NCBI RefSeq assembly: GCF_003334255.1
Contig: NZ_QOWU01000016.1
Length of the DNA: 64,000 nucleotides
Origin: Escherichia coli
GTDB taxonomy: Bacteria > Pseudomonadota > Gammaproteobacteria > Enterobacterales > Enterobacteriaceae
Direction: 5' to 3' (one strand)
Shown piece after piece: positions 1 through 11,896 of this stretch; within the stretch, counting starts at the first letter, position 1, and every line of letters starts with the position of its first letter. Below the pieces are notes generated by a model that was not told the DNA's origin, did no database searches, and saw nothing but the letters and a program-made list of their open reading frames with translations. The position numbers and the translations under genes are program-made.

Positions 1-1142
1 CGCTTTTGGTAATTAATCCCGGAAATAATAACGATAAACAATTTTCATTGTTGCTTGAGGAATACCGTTCACTTTTTGGTCTTGCCAGTTTGCGTTTTCA
101 GGGTGACCAACATTTGCTGGATATTGCCTTCTGGTGCAACGAAAAAGGGGTCAGCGCCCGTCAGCAGCTTAGCGTTCAGCAACAAAATGGTATCTGGACA
201 TTAGTTCAAAGCGAAGAGGCGGAGATCCAACCACGCAGCGACGAAAAACGCATTCTGAGTAATGTTGCTGTACTGGAAGGTGCGCCGCCGCTATCGGAAC
301 ACTGGCAACTGTTCAACAATAACGAAGTCCTGTTCAATGAAGCCCGTACCGCTCAGGCGGCGACGGTGGTCTTTTCTTTACAGCAAAATGCGCAAATCGA
401 GCCACTGGCCCGCAGCATTCATACCCTGCGTCGCCAGCGCGGTAGTGCGATGAAAATCCTCGTGCGGGAAAATACCGCTAGCCTGCGCGCCACCGATGAA
501 CGTTTGTTATTGGCCTGCGGTGCAAATATGGTTATTCCGTGGAATGCGCCACTCTCCCGTTGTCTGACGATGATCGAAAGCGTGCAAGGGCAGAAGTTTA
601 GTCGCTATGTGCCGGAAGATATCACTACCTTGCTGTCAATGACCCAGCCGCTCAAACTGCGTGGTTTCCAGAAGTGGGATGTGTTCTGTAATGCCGTCAA
701 CAACATGATGAATAACCCTCTATTACCTGCCCACGGTAAAGGCGTTCTGGTTGCCCTACGTCCGGTACCGGGTATCCGCGTTGAACAAGCCCTGACGCTG
801 TGTCGCCCTAACCGTACCGGCGATATCATGACCATTGGCGGTAATCGGCTGGTGCTGTTTCTCTCATTCTGTCGGATTAACGATCTGGATACCGCGTTGA
901 ATCATATTTTCCCATTGCCTACTGGCGACATTTTCTCAAACCGTATGGTCTGGTTTGAAGATGATCAAATCAGTGCCGAGCTGGTGCAGATGCGCTTGCT
1001 TGCCCCAGAACAATGGGGCATGCCGCTGCCTTTAACGCAAAGTTCTAAACCGGTCATCAATGCCGAGCACGATGGTCGCCACTGGCGACGAATACCAGAA
1101 CCCATGCGACTGTTAGATGATGCTGTGGAGCGCTCATCATGA
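1..1142 (+). CDS. bcsE: Cellulose biosynthesis protein BcsE, C-terminal ~378 aa; 5' end lies outside the window
   Basis: ORF 6..1142 translation recognised as BcsE C-terminal region; followed by bcsF and bcsG with 4-nt overlaps. Confidence 0.88.
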
Positions 1143-1330
1143 TGACCATCAGCGATATCATTGAAATTATTGTCGTTTGCGCACTGATATTTTTCCCGCT
1201 GGGCTATCTGGCGCGGCACTCTTTGCGACGCATTCGCGACACCTTACGTTTGTTCTTTGCTAAACCTCGTTATGTTAAACCGGCCGGGACGTTACGCCGC
1301 ACGGAAAAAGCCAGGGCAACCAAAAAATGA
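1139..1330 (+). CDS. bcsF: Cellulose biosynthesis small membrane protein BcsF (63 aa)
   Basis: 63-aa ORF with hydrophobic N-terminus ([18 protein letters not shown]), ATGA overlap with bcsE stop, immediately upstream of bcsG. Confidence 0.88.
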
Positions 1331-3006
1331 CTCAATTTACGCAAAATACCGCCATGCCTTCTTCCCTCTGGCAATACTGGCGCGGCCTTTCCGGCTGGAA
1401 CTTCTATTTTCTGGTTAAGTTCGGCCTGTTGTGGGCGGGATATCTTAACTTCCATCCGCTCCTCAATTTGGTGTTTGCCGCGTTTCTGCTGATGCCCCTT
1501 CCGCGCTACAGCCTGCATCGCTTGCGCCACTGGATTGCCCTGCCGATCGGCTTTGCTTTGTTCTGGCATGACACCTGGTTGCCTGGCCCGGAAAGCATAA
1601 TGAGCCAGGGTTCGCAGGTGGCGGGGTTCAGTACCGATTATTTAATCGACCTTGTCACACGCTTTATTAACTGGCAGATGATTGGGGCCATTTTTGTTTT
1701 ATTAGTGGCCTGGTTATTCCTGTCACAATGGATTCGCATTACCGTTTTTGTGGTTGCCATACTGCTATGGCTGAACGTACTTACCCTGGCGGGACCAAGT
1801 TTCTCCTTGTGGCCAGCCGGACAACCGACGACCACTGTAACAACGACGGGTGGTAACGCAGCGGCAACCGTTGCGGCGACGGGTGGCGCACCGGTAGTGG
1901 GTGATATGCCCGCACAAACTGCACCGCCAACAACGGCGAACCTTAACGCCTGGCTGAATAATTTCTATAACGCGGAGGCGAAACGTAAATCGACCTTCCC
2001 GTCTTCGCTGCCCGCTGATGCTCAGCCATTTGAACTACTGGTGATTAACATCTGTTCGCTTTCCTGGTCGGATATAGAAGCCGCCGGGTTGATGTCGCAT
2101 CCACTGTGGTCGCATTTCGATATTGAGTTCAAGAACTTTAACTCCGCCACCTCCTACTGTGGCCCGGCGGCGATCCGTTTACTGCGCGCCAGCTGCGGGC
2201 AGACTTCGCACACTAATCTGTATCAACCGGCAAATAACGACTGCTATCTGTTTGATAACCTTTCGAAACTGGGCTTTACCCAGCACCTGATGATGGGACA
2301 TAACGGCCAGTTCGGCGGTTTTTTGAAAGAAGTTCGCGAAAATGGCGGCATGCAGAGCGAATTGATGGATCAAACAAATCTGCCGGTTATTTTGCTGGGC
2401 TTTGATGGTTCGCCGGTTTATGACGATACCGCTGTGCTTAACCGCTGGCTGGACGTTACCGAAAAAGATAAAAACAGCCGTAGTGCCACGTTCTACAACA
2501 CGCTTCCACTGCATGACGGCAACCATTATCCGGGGGTCAGCAAAACAGCGGATTACAAAGCGCGGGCGCAGAAATTCTTTGATGAACTGGACGCCTTCTT
2601 TACTGAACTTGAGAAATCGGGTCGTAAAGTGATGGTGGTCGTGGTGCCGGAACACGGCGGCGCGCTGAAGGGCGACAGAATGCAGGTATCTGGCCTACGT
2701 GATATCCCTAGCCCGTCTATCACCGACGTCCCCGTTGGGGTGAAATTCTTCGGCATGAAGGCACCGCATCAGGGGGCACCGATTGTCATCGAACAACCGA
2801 GCAGCTTCCTGGCTATCTCCGATCTGGTGGTTCGCGTTCTCGATGGCAAGATTTTCACCGAAGACAATGTTGACTGGAAAAAACTCACCAGTGGGTTGCC
2901 ACAAACAGCACCGGTCTCCGAGAACTCAAATGCAGTAGTTATTCAATACCAGGATAAACCGTACGTTCGCCTGAACGGCGGCGACTGGGTGCCTTACCCG
3001 CAGTAA
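1327..3006 (+). CDS. bcsG: Cellulose phosphoethanolamine transferase BcsG (559 aa)
   Basis: 559-aa ORF; N-terminal multi-TM region, Thr/Gly/Ala-rich linker, C-terminal alkaline-phosphatase-like domain; length matches BcsG. Confidence 0.92.
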
Positions 3007-3009
3007 GAA

Positions 3010-3046
3010 CGAAAAAGGCCGCAGAGTTTCCCCCCTGCGGCCTGGT
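3010..3046 (-). terminator. Hairpin (aggccgcag...ctgcggcct) with T-tract on the minus strand; likely ldrD terminator
   Basis: Inverted repeat read in sequence, followed on the minus strand by tttttcg; lies just downstream of ldrD. Confidence 0.4.
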
Positions 3047-3092
3047 CCGGGCGCAAATTGCCATTACGGCAGCCTGACGCCCGCATGACACG

Positions 3093-3200
3093 TTACTTCC
3101 GCTTGTTCAGCCAGTTCACGATCATACTGGCAAGAATGCCAGCAATGACCGGAGCCGCTAAATCATGCCAGAAGGCCATGCCCAGCTCTGCGAACGTCAT
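3093..3200 (-). CDS. ldrD: Type I toxin LdrD (35 aa small toxic membrane peptide)
   Basis: Last 35 codons of ORF 3093..3368 read MTFAELGMAFWHDLAAPVIAGILASMIVNWLNKRK, the Ldr peptide; ATG (cat on + strand) at 3198-3200. Confidence 0.85.
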   Translation of the reverse strand: MTFAELGMAFWHDLAAPVIAGILASMIVNWLNKRK

Positions 3201-3248
3201 ATAGCCGCCTGTGTTGTAATGACAACGTTTCGCGGCTATTCTTGAGTG

Positions 3249-3314
3249 GTCTAGAGTCAAGATTAGCCCCCGTGGTGTTGTCAGGTGCATACCTGCAACG
3301 TGCGGGGGTTTTCT
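3249..3314 (+). ncRNA. rdlD: Rdl antisense RNA (antitoxin of ldrD), about 66 nt ending in an intrinsic terminator
   Basis: 66-nt stretch gtctagagtcaagattagcccccgtgg...cgggggttttct on the strand opposite the ldrD 5' region; cccccg/cggggg stem plus U-tract; boundaries recalled from the Ldr/Rdl family, not mapped. Confidence 0.55.
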
Positions 3315-3675
3315 CTCTCCAGCAACCAATGCCACCAGGGATAAAGCCCCCGCAACATTGCGCCTCACCGGAACCTTTCCGGCTTGCCGCTGATTCTACG
3401 ATTGCTTTTTACTGTCAGCACCCGGCAATCTTCCTCATTGCGCGATGCCTTCCAGCTTAATTTCTTTATTTGCAATAGTTGCAGTTCATATCCGGGCTGA
3501 CTCCAGACTGGTAGTGAAATGCGCAATTTTGTAGAATTGCGCCTCCTCGCGACCTCCCCAGTGAATCTGTTGCCTCATTTTTTACATACTGCGTATTCGA
3601 CTTCTCCACCTGTTGCGCAAGAGAAACTGGGTTTATTCATTTTTGCGAGGCCGACTTCTTTCTGGACAGGACTTT

Positions 3676-4947
3676 ATGCAGCACAACACACTATCGAAAC
3701 ACAATCAGAAATTGCCGTTTACACGCTACGACTTCGGCTGGGTTTTATTATGCATAGGCATGGCGATTGGTGCCGGAACCGTGCTGATGCCAGTACAAAT
3801 TGGCTTGAAGGGAATTTGGGTATTTATTACCGCAGCGATCATTGCTTATCCTGCCACCTGGGTAGTGCAGGACATTTATTTAAAAACCCTTTCTGAAAGC
3901 GATTCCTGTAATGACTACACCGATATTATCAGTCATTACCTGGGGAAGAACTGGGGAATTTTCCTCGGGGTTATCTACTTTTTGATGATTATCCACGGGA
4001 TTTTTATCTACTCTCTCTCCGTGGTTTTCGACAGCGCCTCGTACCTGAAAACCTTCGGTTTAACCGATGCCGATCTTTCACAATCTCTACTTTATAAAGT
4101 CGCTATTTTCGCCGTACTGGTGGCGATTGCGTCTGGTGGTGAACGATTACTGTTTAAGATTTCCGGGCCAATGGTGGTGGTCAAAGTAGGGATTATTGTC
4201 GTGTTCGGTTTTGCGATGATCCCGCACTGGAATTTCGCCAATATAACCGCCTTCCCGCAAGCCTCCGTCTTTTTCCGCGATGTCTTGCTTACCATTCCAT
4301 TTTGCTTCTTTTCTGCAGTATTTATTCAGGTACTTAACCCAATGAATATTGCCTATCGTAAACGGGAAGCGGATAAAGTACTGGCAACCCGGCTCGCGCT
4401 GCGTACCCACCGAATTAGTTATATCACGCTCATCGCGGTGATCCTGTTTTTTGCCTTTTCGTTTACCTTCTCAATTAGCCACGAAGAAGCCGTTTCTGCC
4501 TTTGAACAAAATATCTCAGCACTGGCGCTGGCCGCGCAGGTGATCCCTGGGCATATCATTCATATCACCTCTACGGTGCTTAATATCTTTGCCGTACTGA
4601 CCGCATTCTTTGGCATTTATCTCGGTTTCCACGAGGCCATTAAAGGCATTATTCTCAATCTGTTAAGCCGAATTATTGATACCAAGAAAATTAACTCACG
4701 CGTGCTGACTCTGGCGATCTGCGCTTTTATCGTCATTACGTTGACGATTTGGGTTTCGTTTCGTGTATCGGTGCTGGTGTTCTTTCAGTTGGGAAGCCCG
4801 TTATATGGTATTGTGTCGTGCCTCATTCCGTTTTTCCTGATCTATAAAGTCGCACAACTGGAAAAACTTCGCGGATTTAAAGCCTGGCTGATTCTGCTGT
4901 ACGGCATTTTGCTATGCTTGTCGCCACTGTTGAAGCTGATTGAGTAA
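3676..4947 (+). CDS. yhjV: Putative amino-acid (Ser/Thr-type HAAAP family) transporter YhjV, 423 aa
   Basis: Polytopic membrane ORF; ATG at 3676 gives [11 protein letters not shown]... matching YhjV length (ORF track extends 21 codons further upstream). Confidence 0.85.
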
Positions 4948-4976
4948 ACCGGAGCGCATGGCCCCGGTTTTGTGAG

Positions 4977-5981
4977 TTAACGCTGCGGATTTTCATCCTG
5001 ATCAACAGCAAAACAAGCTACCAGTTGACCGCCGTAGTCTTTTAGCTGCGGCTGCAACTGGGTGCAGGGGCCGAAGCGCCGACGACAGCGGGCGTTGAAG
5101 GCGCAACCCGGCGGTGGATTCAGTGGGCTTGGTAGTTCACCGCTGAGCTTGATGCGCTCGCGGCGATCGTCCGGGTTCAGGCGCGGCGTCGCGGAAAGTA
5201 GCGCCTGAGTGTACGGATGGCGCGGGTTATTGAAGATTTGGTCTTTCGTTCCCTTCTCCACGCAGCGGCCCAGGTACATCACCATCACTTCATCAGCAAT
5301 GTGCTCCACCACCGACAGGTCGTGGGAGATAAAGACATAAGACAGCCCCAACTCCTGCTGCAAATCCATCATCAGATTCAGCACCTGCGCGCGCACTGAA
5401 ACATCCAGCGCGGAAACCGGTTCATCGGCAATCACCACATCCGGGTCGAGCATCAGACCACGGGCGATGGCGATACGCTGACGCTGACCGCCGGAGAACA
5501 TATGCGGATAGCGGTCATAGTGCTCGGTTTTCAGGCCGACTTTCGCCATCATCGACAGGGCTTTTTCCCGACGCTGTTCTTTGCTTAAGCTGGTGTTGAT
5601 CAGCAGCGGCTCTTCAAGAATTTGCCCGACTTTTTTACGCGGATTCAGCGAACCGTAAGGGTTCTGGAAGACGATCTGGATTTTCTGCCGACGCAGCTTC
5701 TGCGCCTGCGGATCGTGCTTAAGCAGATCCTGCCCCTGGTAATACAGCTCGCCACCGGTGGGCATTTCAATCATCGTCAGCAACCGACCGAGGGTCGATT
5801 TACCGCAGCCAGATTCGCCCACTACTGCCAGCGTTTTGCCACGTTCAAGGTTAAACGAAACGCCATCCAGCGCTTTAACCAGACGTTCCGGCGCGAACAT
5901 GCCTTTCTTCACCGGATAATGTTTTTTCAGGTCGATAGCCTGCAACAGCGGTTGTTGCAGGGTGGCCTCTTGCGTACTCAT
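4977..5981 (-). CDS. dppF: Dipeptide ABC transporter ATP-binding protein DppF (334 aa)
   Basis: Walker [13 protein letters not shown] signature LSGGQRQR; 4-nt overlap with dppD. Confidence 0.95.
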
Positions 5982-6961
5982 AGTGTCGGCCTCCCGGCAT
6001 CATCAAGTGGGTAATGGCATTTGGACTGACGCCCGTCAGCGAGCATATTCAGCGCCGGTTCTTCAGCGCGACATCTGTCAGTGGCATAGGGGCAGCGCGG
6101 GTTAAGCAGGCAGCCGTTCGGGCGGTCGTACTTGCCGGGAACGACACCTGGCAACGACGCCAGACGTTCTTTGTCCTGAGCAAATTCTGGCAGCGCACGC
6201 AGCAATGCCTGAGTATACGGGTGACGCGGCGCATGGAAGATGGCGTGCGCATCACCGGTTTCCACCACCTGGCCTGCATACATCACGATGATTTTATGTG
6301 CCGCTTCCGCCACCAGCGCCAGGTCATGGGTAATTAACACCAGCGCCATGTTCTCTTTCTGCTGTAGCTCCAGCAGTAGTTCGATGATTTGCGCCTGAAT
6401 GGTCACGTCCAGCGCGGTGGTCGGTTCATCGGCAATCAGCAGTTTTGGCCGACAGGCAATCGCCATGGCGATCATCACGCGCTGGCTCATGCCGCCGGAA
6501 AGCTGATGCGGGTAAACATCCAGACGCGATGCCGGATCGGGAATACCGACCTGATTCAGCAGGTCAATCGCTCGCTGACGGCGGGTACTTTTGTTGCCGC
6601 CCTGATGCACCTTAATCGCTTCCATAATCTGGAAACCCACGGTGTAGCACGGGTTAAGGCTGGTCATCGGGTCCTGGAAGATCATCGCCACTTCGGCACC
6701 CACCAGGTTGCGGCGCTCTTTTTCTGAGATACGCTGCAAATCCTGGCCGTTAAACTCCAGTTTTTCTGCCATTACGCGGCCCGGATAATCAATCAGCCCC
6801 ATAATCGCCAGTGAACTGACCGACTTACCGGAGCCGGACTCACCCACAATCCCGACCACTTCGCCCTGTTTTACGCTGTAGCTGATGCGGTCTACGGCGC
6901 GGAACGGCGCGCTTTCGTCGCCGAAATGCACCGATAATTTATCTACATTTAATAACGCCAT
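5978..6961 (-). CDS. dppD: Dipeptide ABC transporter ATP-binding protein DppD (327 aa)
   Basis: Walker [12 protein letters not shown] signature LSGGMSQR; position in dppABCDF operon. Confidence 0.95.
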
Positions 6962-6971
6962 CTCGAACCTC

Positions 6972-7874
6972 TTACTGCTTCAGTTTGGGATCGAGCGCGT
7001 CACGCAGACCGTCACCCATCAGGTTAAATGCCAGCACCGTCAGCAGGATCGCCAGACCCGGGAAGGTCACGACCCACCAGGCGCTTTGCGCGAACTGCAA
7101 CACGTCGGAGAGCATGGTGCCCCACTCAGGCGTTGGCGGCTGTGCCCCCATGCCGAGGAAACCAAGAGCAGCCATATCGAGAATGGCGTTAGAGAAACCG
7201 AGCGACGCCTGAACAATCAGCGGCGCAAGGCAGTTCGGGAAGATGTTAATAAACATCTGACGCATCGCCCCGGCACCCGCCACGCGAGACGCGGTGACGT
7301 AATCGCGGTTAACTTCCACCAGCACGGCGGCGCGGGTTAAGCGCACATAGTGCGGCAAGGCAACGAAGGTCAGTGCCAGCGCGGCGTTACCAATCGACGG
7401 GCCGAAAATTGCCACCAGCACCAGCGCCAGCAGCAGACTTGGCAGCGCCAGCATGATATCGACCACGCGCATAATGATGTTATCGACCAGGCCGCCAAAG
7501 TAACCGGCGATCAGGCCGAGAATAACGCCCATAATCAGCGATAACACAACTACCAGACAGCCAACCAGCAGCGACAGGCGCGCACCGTACATCAGGCGCG
7601 ACAGCACATCACGGCCTACGTCATCGGTGCCCAGCAAGTGCGCCATGCTGCCGCCTTCCTGCCAGGCTGGCGGGGCGAGCAGTGCATCGCGGAACTGTTC
7701 CGCCGGGTTATAGGGTGCAATCCAGTTGGCAAAGATCGCGATGAACAGCACGATGACGACGTAAACCAGCCCGACGACCGCGCCTTTGTTGCGTTTAAAA
7801 TAGTGCCAGAACTCCTGTAACGGGGTCATCGGCACCGGTGCGCTAATCACTTTATTTTCAGTAACCTGTGACAT
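6972..7874 (-). CDS. dppC: Dipeptide ABC transporter permease DppC (300 aa)
   Basis: Polytopic permease ORF of expected length between dppB and dppD. Confidence 0.95.
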
Positions 7875-7883
7875 GATGTCCCC

Positions 7884-8903
7884 TTACTTCTTATGACGAA
7901 TACGCGGGTTCACCACGCCGTACAGCAGATCGACCAGCAAGTTGACGAGGATAATCATCGTCGCCACCAGCAATACGCCGCCCTGCACTACCGGATAGTC
8001 GCGGCGTTGCAGTGCGTCAATCAACCAGCGTCCCAGACCGGGCCACGAGAAGATGGTTTCGGTCAGAATCGCCCCCGCCAGCAATGTTCCCACCTGCAGG
8101 CCGATAACGGTCACCACCGGCAGCATCGCGTTACGCAGCGCATGGACGATAATCACCCGCATGCGGGTTAGCCCTTTGGCGCGCGCGGTGCGGATGTAAT
8201 CCTCGCCCAGCACTTCCAGCATCGAGGAGCGTGTCATACGCACAATGACCGCCAGCGGAATAGTACCCAGCACAATGGCAGGCAAGATCATATGGGCGAC
8301 GGCATCGATAAAGTTGCCGTCTTCACCCCAGATGGCGGTGTCGATTAGCATAAAACCGGTTAACGGATTGGAGTCATCGAGGAACACCATATCGCTCACG
8401 CGACCGGAGACGGGCGTCAGGTTCCAGTGCACCGAAACCAGCATGATCAGCATCATGCCCCACCAGAAGATAGGCATTGAATAACCTGTCAGCGCCAGGC
8501 CAACCGCTGTGTGATCGAAAATGGAACCGCGTTTAACCGCAGCCAGCACGCCGACCGGAATACCGACTGCCGTAGCAAAAATCATCGCGCAGACGCCAAG
8601 TTCCAGCGTGGCCTGGAAGCGCGGCACGAACTCTTCCCAAACCGGGATGCGGCTTTTCATTGAAATGCCTAGATCGCCATGCATAACGCCCCAAATGTAA
8701 TGGAGATACTGCTGCCACATCGGTTTATCTAAGCCGAGTTCAGCCAGCAGCTGCGCGTGACGCTCTGGGGAGATCCCACGTTCGCCCGCCATGATCATCA
8801 CCGGATCGCCCGGGATCATGTGGACAAAGGCAAATGTGAGAAGGGTAATACCGATAAACGTGGGGATGACGAGTCCCAAACGTCGGAGAATAAACTGCAA
8901 CAT
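7884..8903 (-). CDS. dppB: Dipeptide ABC transporter permease DppB (339 aa)
   Basis: Polytopic permease ORF of expected length downstream of dppA. Confidence 0.95.
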   Translation of the reverse strand: MLQFILRRLGLVIPTFIGITLLTFAFVHMIPGDPVMIMAGERGISPERHAQLLAELGLDKPMWQQYLHYIWGVMHGDLGISMKSRIPVWEEFVPRFQATLELGVCAMIFATAVGIPVGVLAAVKRGSIFDHTAVGLALTGYSMPIFWWGMMLIMLVSVHWNLTPVSGRVSDMVFLDDSNPLTGFMLIDTAIWGEDGNFIDAVAHMILPAIVLGTIPLAVIVRMTRSSMLEVLGEDYIRTARAKGLTRMRVIIVHALRNAMLPVVTVIGLQVGTLLAGAILTETIFSWPGLGRWLIDALQRRDYPVVQGGVLLVATMIILVNLLVDLLYGVVNPRIRHKK

Positions 8904-9003
8904 AACCCGGATTCTCTATAGTGACCCGCAGCCTGGAACTGCGTGTCTGTATTGCTCACAAATCAATTCCCGCCCTTATCGGACAGGGAATGAAGTATTG
9001 CTG

Positions 9004-9175
9004 CCGGATGGCGCTGCACGCAGAGGCACAGCGCCACCGGGTATACAGATTGTTGACAAAGTGCGCTTTGTTTATGCCGGATGCGGCGTTAACGCCTTAT
9101 CCGGCCTACAAAATCGTGCAAATTCAATACATTGCAGAATTTTCGTAGGCCTGATAAGCGGAGCGCATCAGGCAT
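9004..9175. repeat. REP/BIME palindromic units in the dppA-dppB intergenic region
   Basis: Motifs gccggatgcggcg...cgccttatccggcctac and related imperfect palindromes read in sequence. Confidence 0.6.
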
Positions 9176-9210
9176 TTTTGCCTTTGCCATCAGTCTTGTA
9201 TGGCTTTTAA

Positions 9211-10818
9211 TTATTCGATAGAGACGTTTTCGAAGTGATGTTTGCCTAATGGATCAACCACATAGCCTTTAACTTCTTTACGTACCGGTTCAAACACGGT
9301 GGAGTGAGCGATGATCAGTGCCGGAGCCTGATCGTGCATCACCACCTGCGCTTGTTTGTACAGTTCAACGCGTTTATTGTGGTCGTCGGTAGCACGCGCC
9401 GGTTGAATCAGATCTTCAAACGGTTTGTAGCACCATTTTGAGTAGTTGGAGCCTTGTTCAGAGGCGGCGCAGCTGAACAGGGTGGCGAAGAAGTTATCCG
9501 GATCCCCGTTATCGCCAGTCCAGCCCATCATTACCGTCTGGTGCTCGCCATCTTTCGCACGCTTGAGGTACTCACCCCATTCGTAGGTGACAATTTTGGC
9601 CTGCACGCCGACTTTCGCCCAGTCTGCCTGAATCATCTCCGCCATGCGGCGAGCGTTCGGGTTATACGGACGTTGTACCGGCATCGCCCACAGGTCGATG
9701 GAGAAACCTTTTTCCAGACCCGCTTCTTTCAGCAAGGCTTTCGCTTTTTCAGGATCGTAGGTGTAGTCCTGAACGTCGTCGTTATAGCCCCACATGGTTG
9801 GCGGGATCAGGTTTTTCGCTGATACGCCCGCGCCCTGATAAACCGCTTTGATGATCGCGTCTTTGTTCACCGCGTAGGTCAGAGCCTGGCGAACTTTCAC
9901 GTCATCGAGTGGTTTTTTCTGCACGTTATACGAGAGATAACCGACGTTCAGCCCCGGCATTTCCATCAGATTGATGGATTTATCCTGCTTCATGCGAGCG
10001 ATATCTGCCGGGTTCGGGTACGGCATCACCTGGCATTCATTCTTCTGCAATTTCGCGTAACGCACGGAAGCGTCAGGGGTAATAGAGAAAACCAGCGTAT
10101 CGATCTGCGGTTTGGTGCCCCAGTAGCCATCAAACGCTTTGTAGCGGATACGGGAATCTTTTTGATACTGCTGTAACTGGAACGGACCGGTTCCGATTGG
10201 GTTGAGGTCCAGTTTTTCCGGTGTACCGGCTTTCATCATCGCATCAGCATATTCTTTTGACAGAATAGAGGCGAAGTCCATTGCCAGGTCAGCGAGGAAC
10301 GGCGCTTCCGGGCGAGTCAGCACAAACTGAACGGTGTTGTCGTCCACCTTTTTCACTTCACTGATCAGCTCTGGCAAGCCCATGCCTTCGAAGTATTCGT
10401 AGCTGCCGCCAGAAACTTTATGGTACGGGTTTTGCGCGTTTTTCTGACGATCGAACGAGAACACCACATCATCGGCGTTCAGTTCACGCGTCGGTTTGAA
10501 TTCTTTATTGTCGTGCCACTTCACACCTTTACGCAGATGGAAGGTATAGGTTTTACCGTCTTCGCTGACTTCCCACTTTTCAGCGAGGCCCGGGATCACT
10601 TCGGTGGTGCCGATTTTAAATTCAACCAGACGGTTATAAAGCGGGACGGAAGAGGCGTCATAGGTGGTGCCGGAGGTAAACAGCTGCGGGTTAAACCCTT
10701 CCGGAGATCCTTCTGAGCAATAAACCAGAGTTTTAGCCTGAACACTTGCTGCGACGGTCATAGCCACCAGGCTGAGACCAAGCTTCAGCATCCCTGACTT
10801 TTTCAAGGAAATACGCAT
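9211..10818 (-). CDS. dppA: Periplasmic dipeptide-binding protein DppA (535 aa)
   Basis: 535-aa ORF with signal peptide MRISLKKSGMLKLGLSLVAMTVAASVQA; ATG verified at 10816-10818. Confidence 0.95.
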   Translation of the reverse strand: MRISLKKSGMLKLGLSLVAMTVAASVQAKTLVYCSEGSPEGFNPQLFTSGTTYDASSVPLYNRLVEFKIGTTEVIPGLAEKWEVSEDGKTYTFHLRKGVKWHDNKEFKPTRELNADDVVFSFDRQKNAQNPYHKVSGGSYEYFEGMGLPELISEVKKVDDNTVQFVLTRPEAPFLADLAMDFASILSKEYADAMMKAGTPEKLDLNPIGTGPFQLQQYQKDSRIRYKAFDGYWGTKPQIDTLVFSITPDASVRYAKLQKNECQVMPYPNPADIARMKQDKSINLMEMPGLNVGYLSYNVQKKPLDDVKVRQALTYAVNKDAIIKAVYQGAGVSAKNLIPPTMWGYNDDVQDYTYDPEKAKALLKEAGLEKGFSIDLWAMPVQRPYNPNARRMAEMIQADWAKVGVQAKIVTYEWGEYLKRAKDGEHQTVMMGWTGDNGDPDNFFATLFSCAASEQGSNYSKWCYKPFEDLIQPARATDDHNKRVELYKQAQVVMHDQAPALIIAHSTVFEPVRKEVKGYVVDPLGKHHFENVSIE

Positions 10819-10860
10819 TATTCTGCTCCAATTGTGATGTTTGTTGTTTTAACCCTTTGC
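10819..10860 (-). promoter_or_regulatory. dppA 5' UTR: ribosome-binding site plus C/A-rich element (aaaacaacaaacatcacaattggagcagaa) of the kind targeted by GcvB sRNA
   Basis: C/A-rich stretch immediately upstream of the dppA start read on the minus strand; GcvB regulation of dppA is established knowledge. Confidence 0.5.
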
Positions 10861-11394
10861 AGTGGGTTGTCGCTGCCTGACCTTTTTTGTTTTTTGCCCG
10901 GTCGGGTCAACGTTATGAGGTGGGGATGCCGTACTAATTAACATCAGTGTAACAGTGCGGATCCTCCATAAAATGCCCCTCGTGACCTACAATCTGTCAA
11001 CAGAATGTGAAAACGTCAATACAGCCAACCGGGATTTACACCAACGGTGAGAATCCACAGACAAAGATTAAAAAAACTTCAAACAGCTATTTGCAGCAGA
11101 GAAATTTGTGCTACTCCAACATGACCAGAACAATCAGCTTAATATTTAGCAACATTTGGTGATTAAGTTTTATGCATTTAATGAAAAAAATCTGAGGAAA
11201 AGGTGGATATCTGAGCGATTAATACCATGAACGCTAAAACGCACAGCGGAAAATGCCAGGGCCAGCCATAAGTAACGCAAAAAAAGATTTAAGCAAATAT
11301 AAAAAAAGACAATGGTTTCTGTCACAAATCCGTTAATGGATAGTGAGATATGGGGCGCAAATTTGGCAGGGAAATGTGTGTCGTGTAGGTCGAA

Positions 11395-11470
11395 TAAGGC
11401 GGTCGCGCCGCATCCGACAATGGCCGGCACATTTGCCTGATGCGACGCTGACGCGTCTTATCAGGCCTAC
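11395..11470. repeat. REP-like palindromic element
   Basis: gcgccgcatccgaca...gcctgatgcgacgctgacgcgtcttatcaggcctac, REP-type imperfect palindromes. Confidence 0.5.
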
Positions 11471-11471
11471 G

Positions 11472-11805
<334 letters not shown>

Positions 11806-11896
11806 AATGCGGGGCGCATCTTACTGCGCAGATACGCCCTCGTCAATCCCTTAATAGCAAAATGCCTTTTGATCGGCGAGAAAGTCAGCAGGCCGC

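Noticed and set aside
3242-3896. 72- and 125-codon + strand ORFs in the ldrD-yhjV intergenic region
   Set aside because: The first overlaps the Rdl antisense RNA and terminator; the second runs into the yhjV start in another frame. Neither has a ribosome-binding site and both are better explained as promoter and sRNA sequence.
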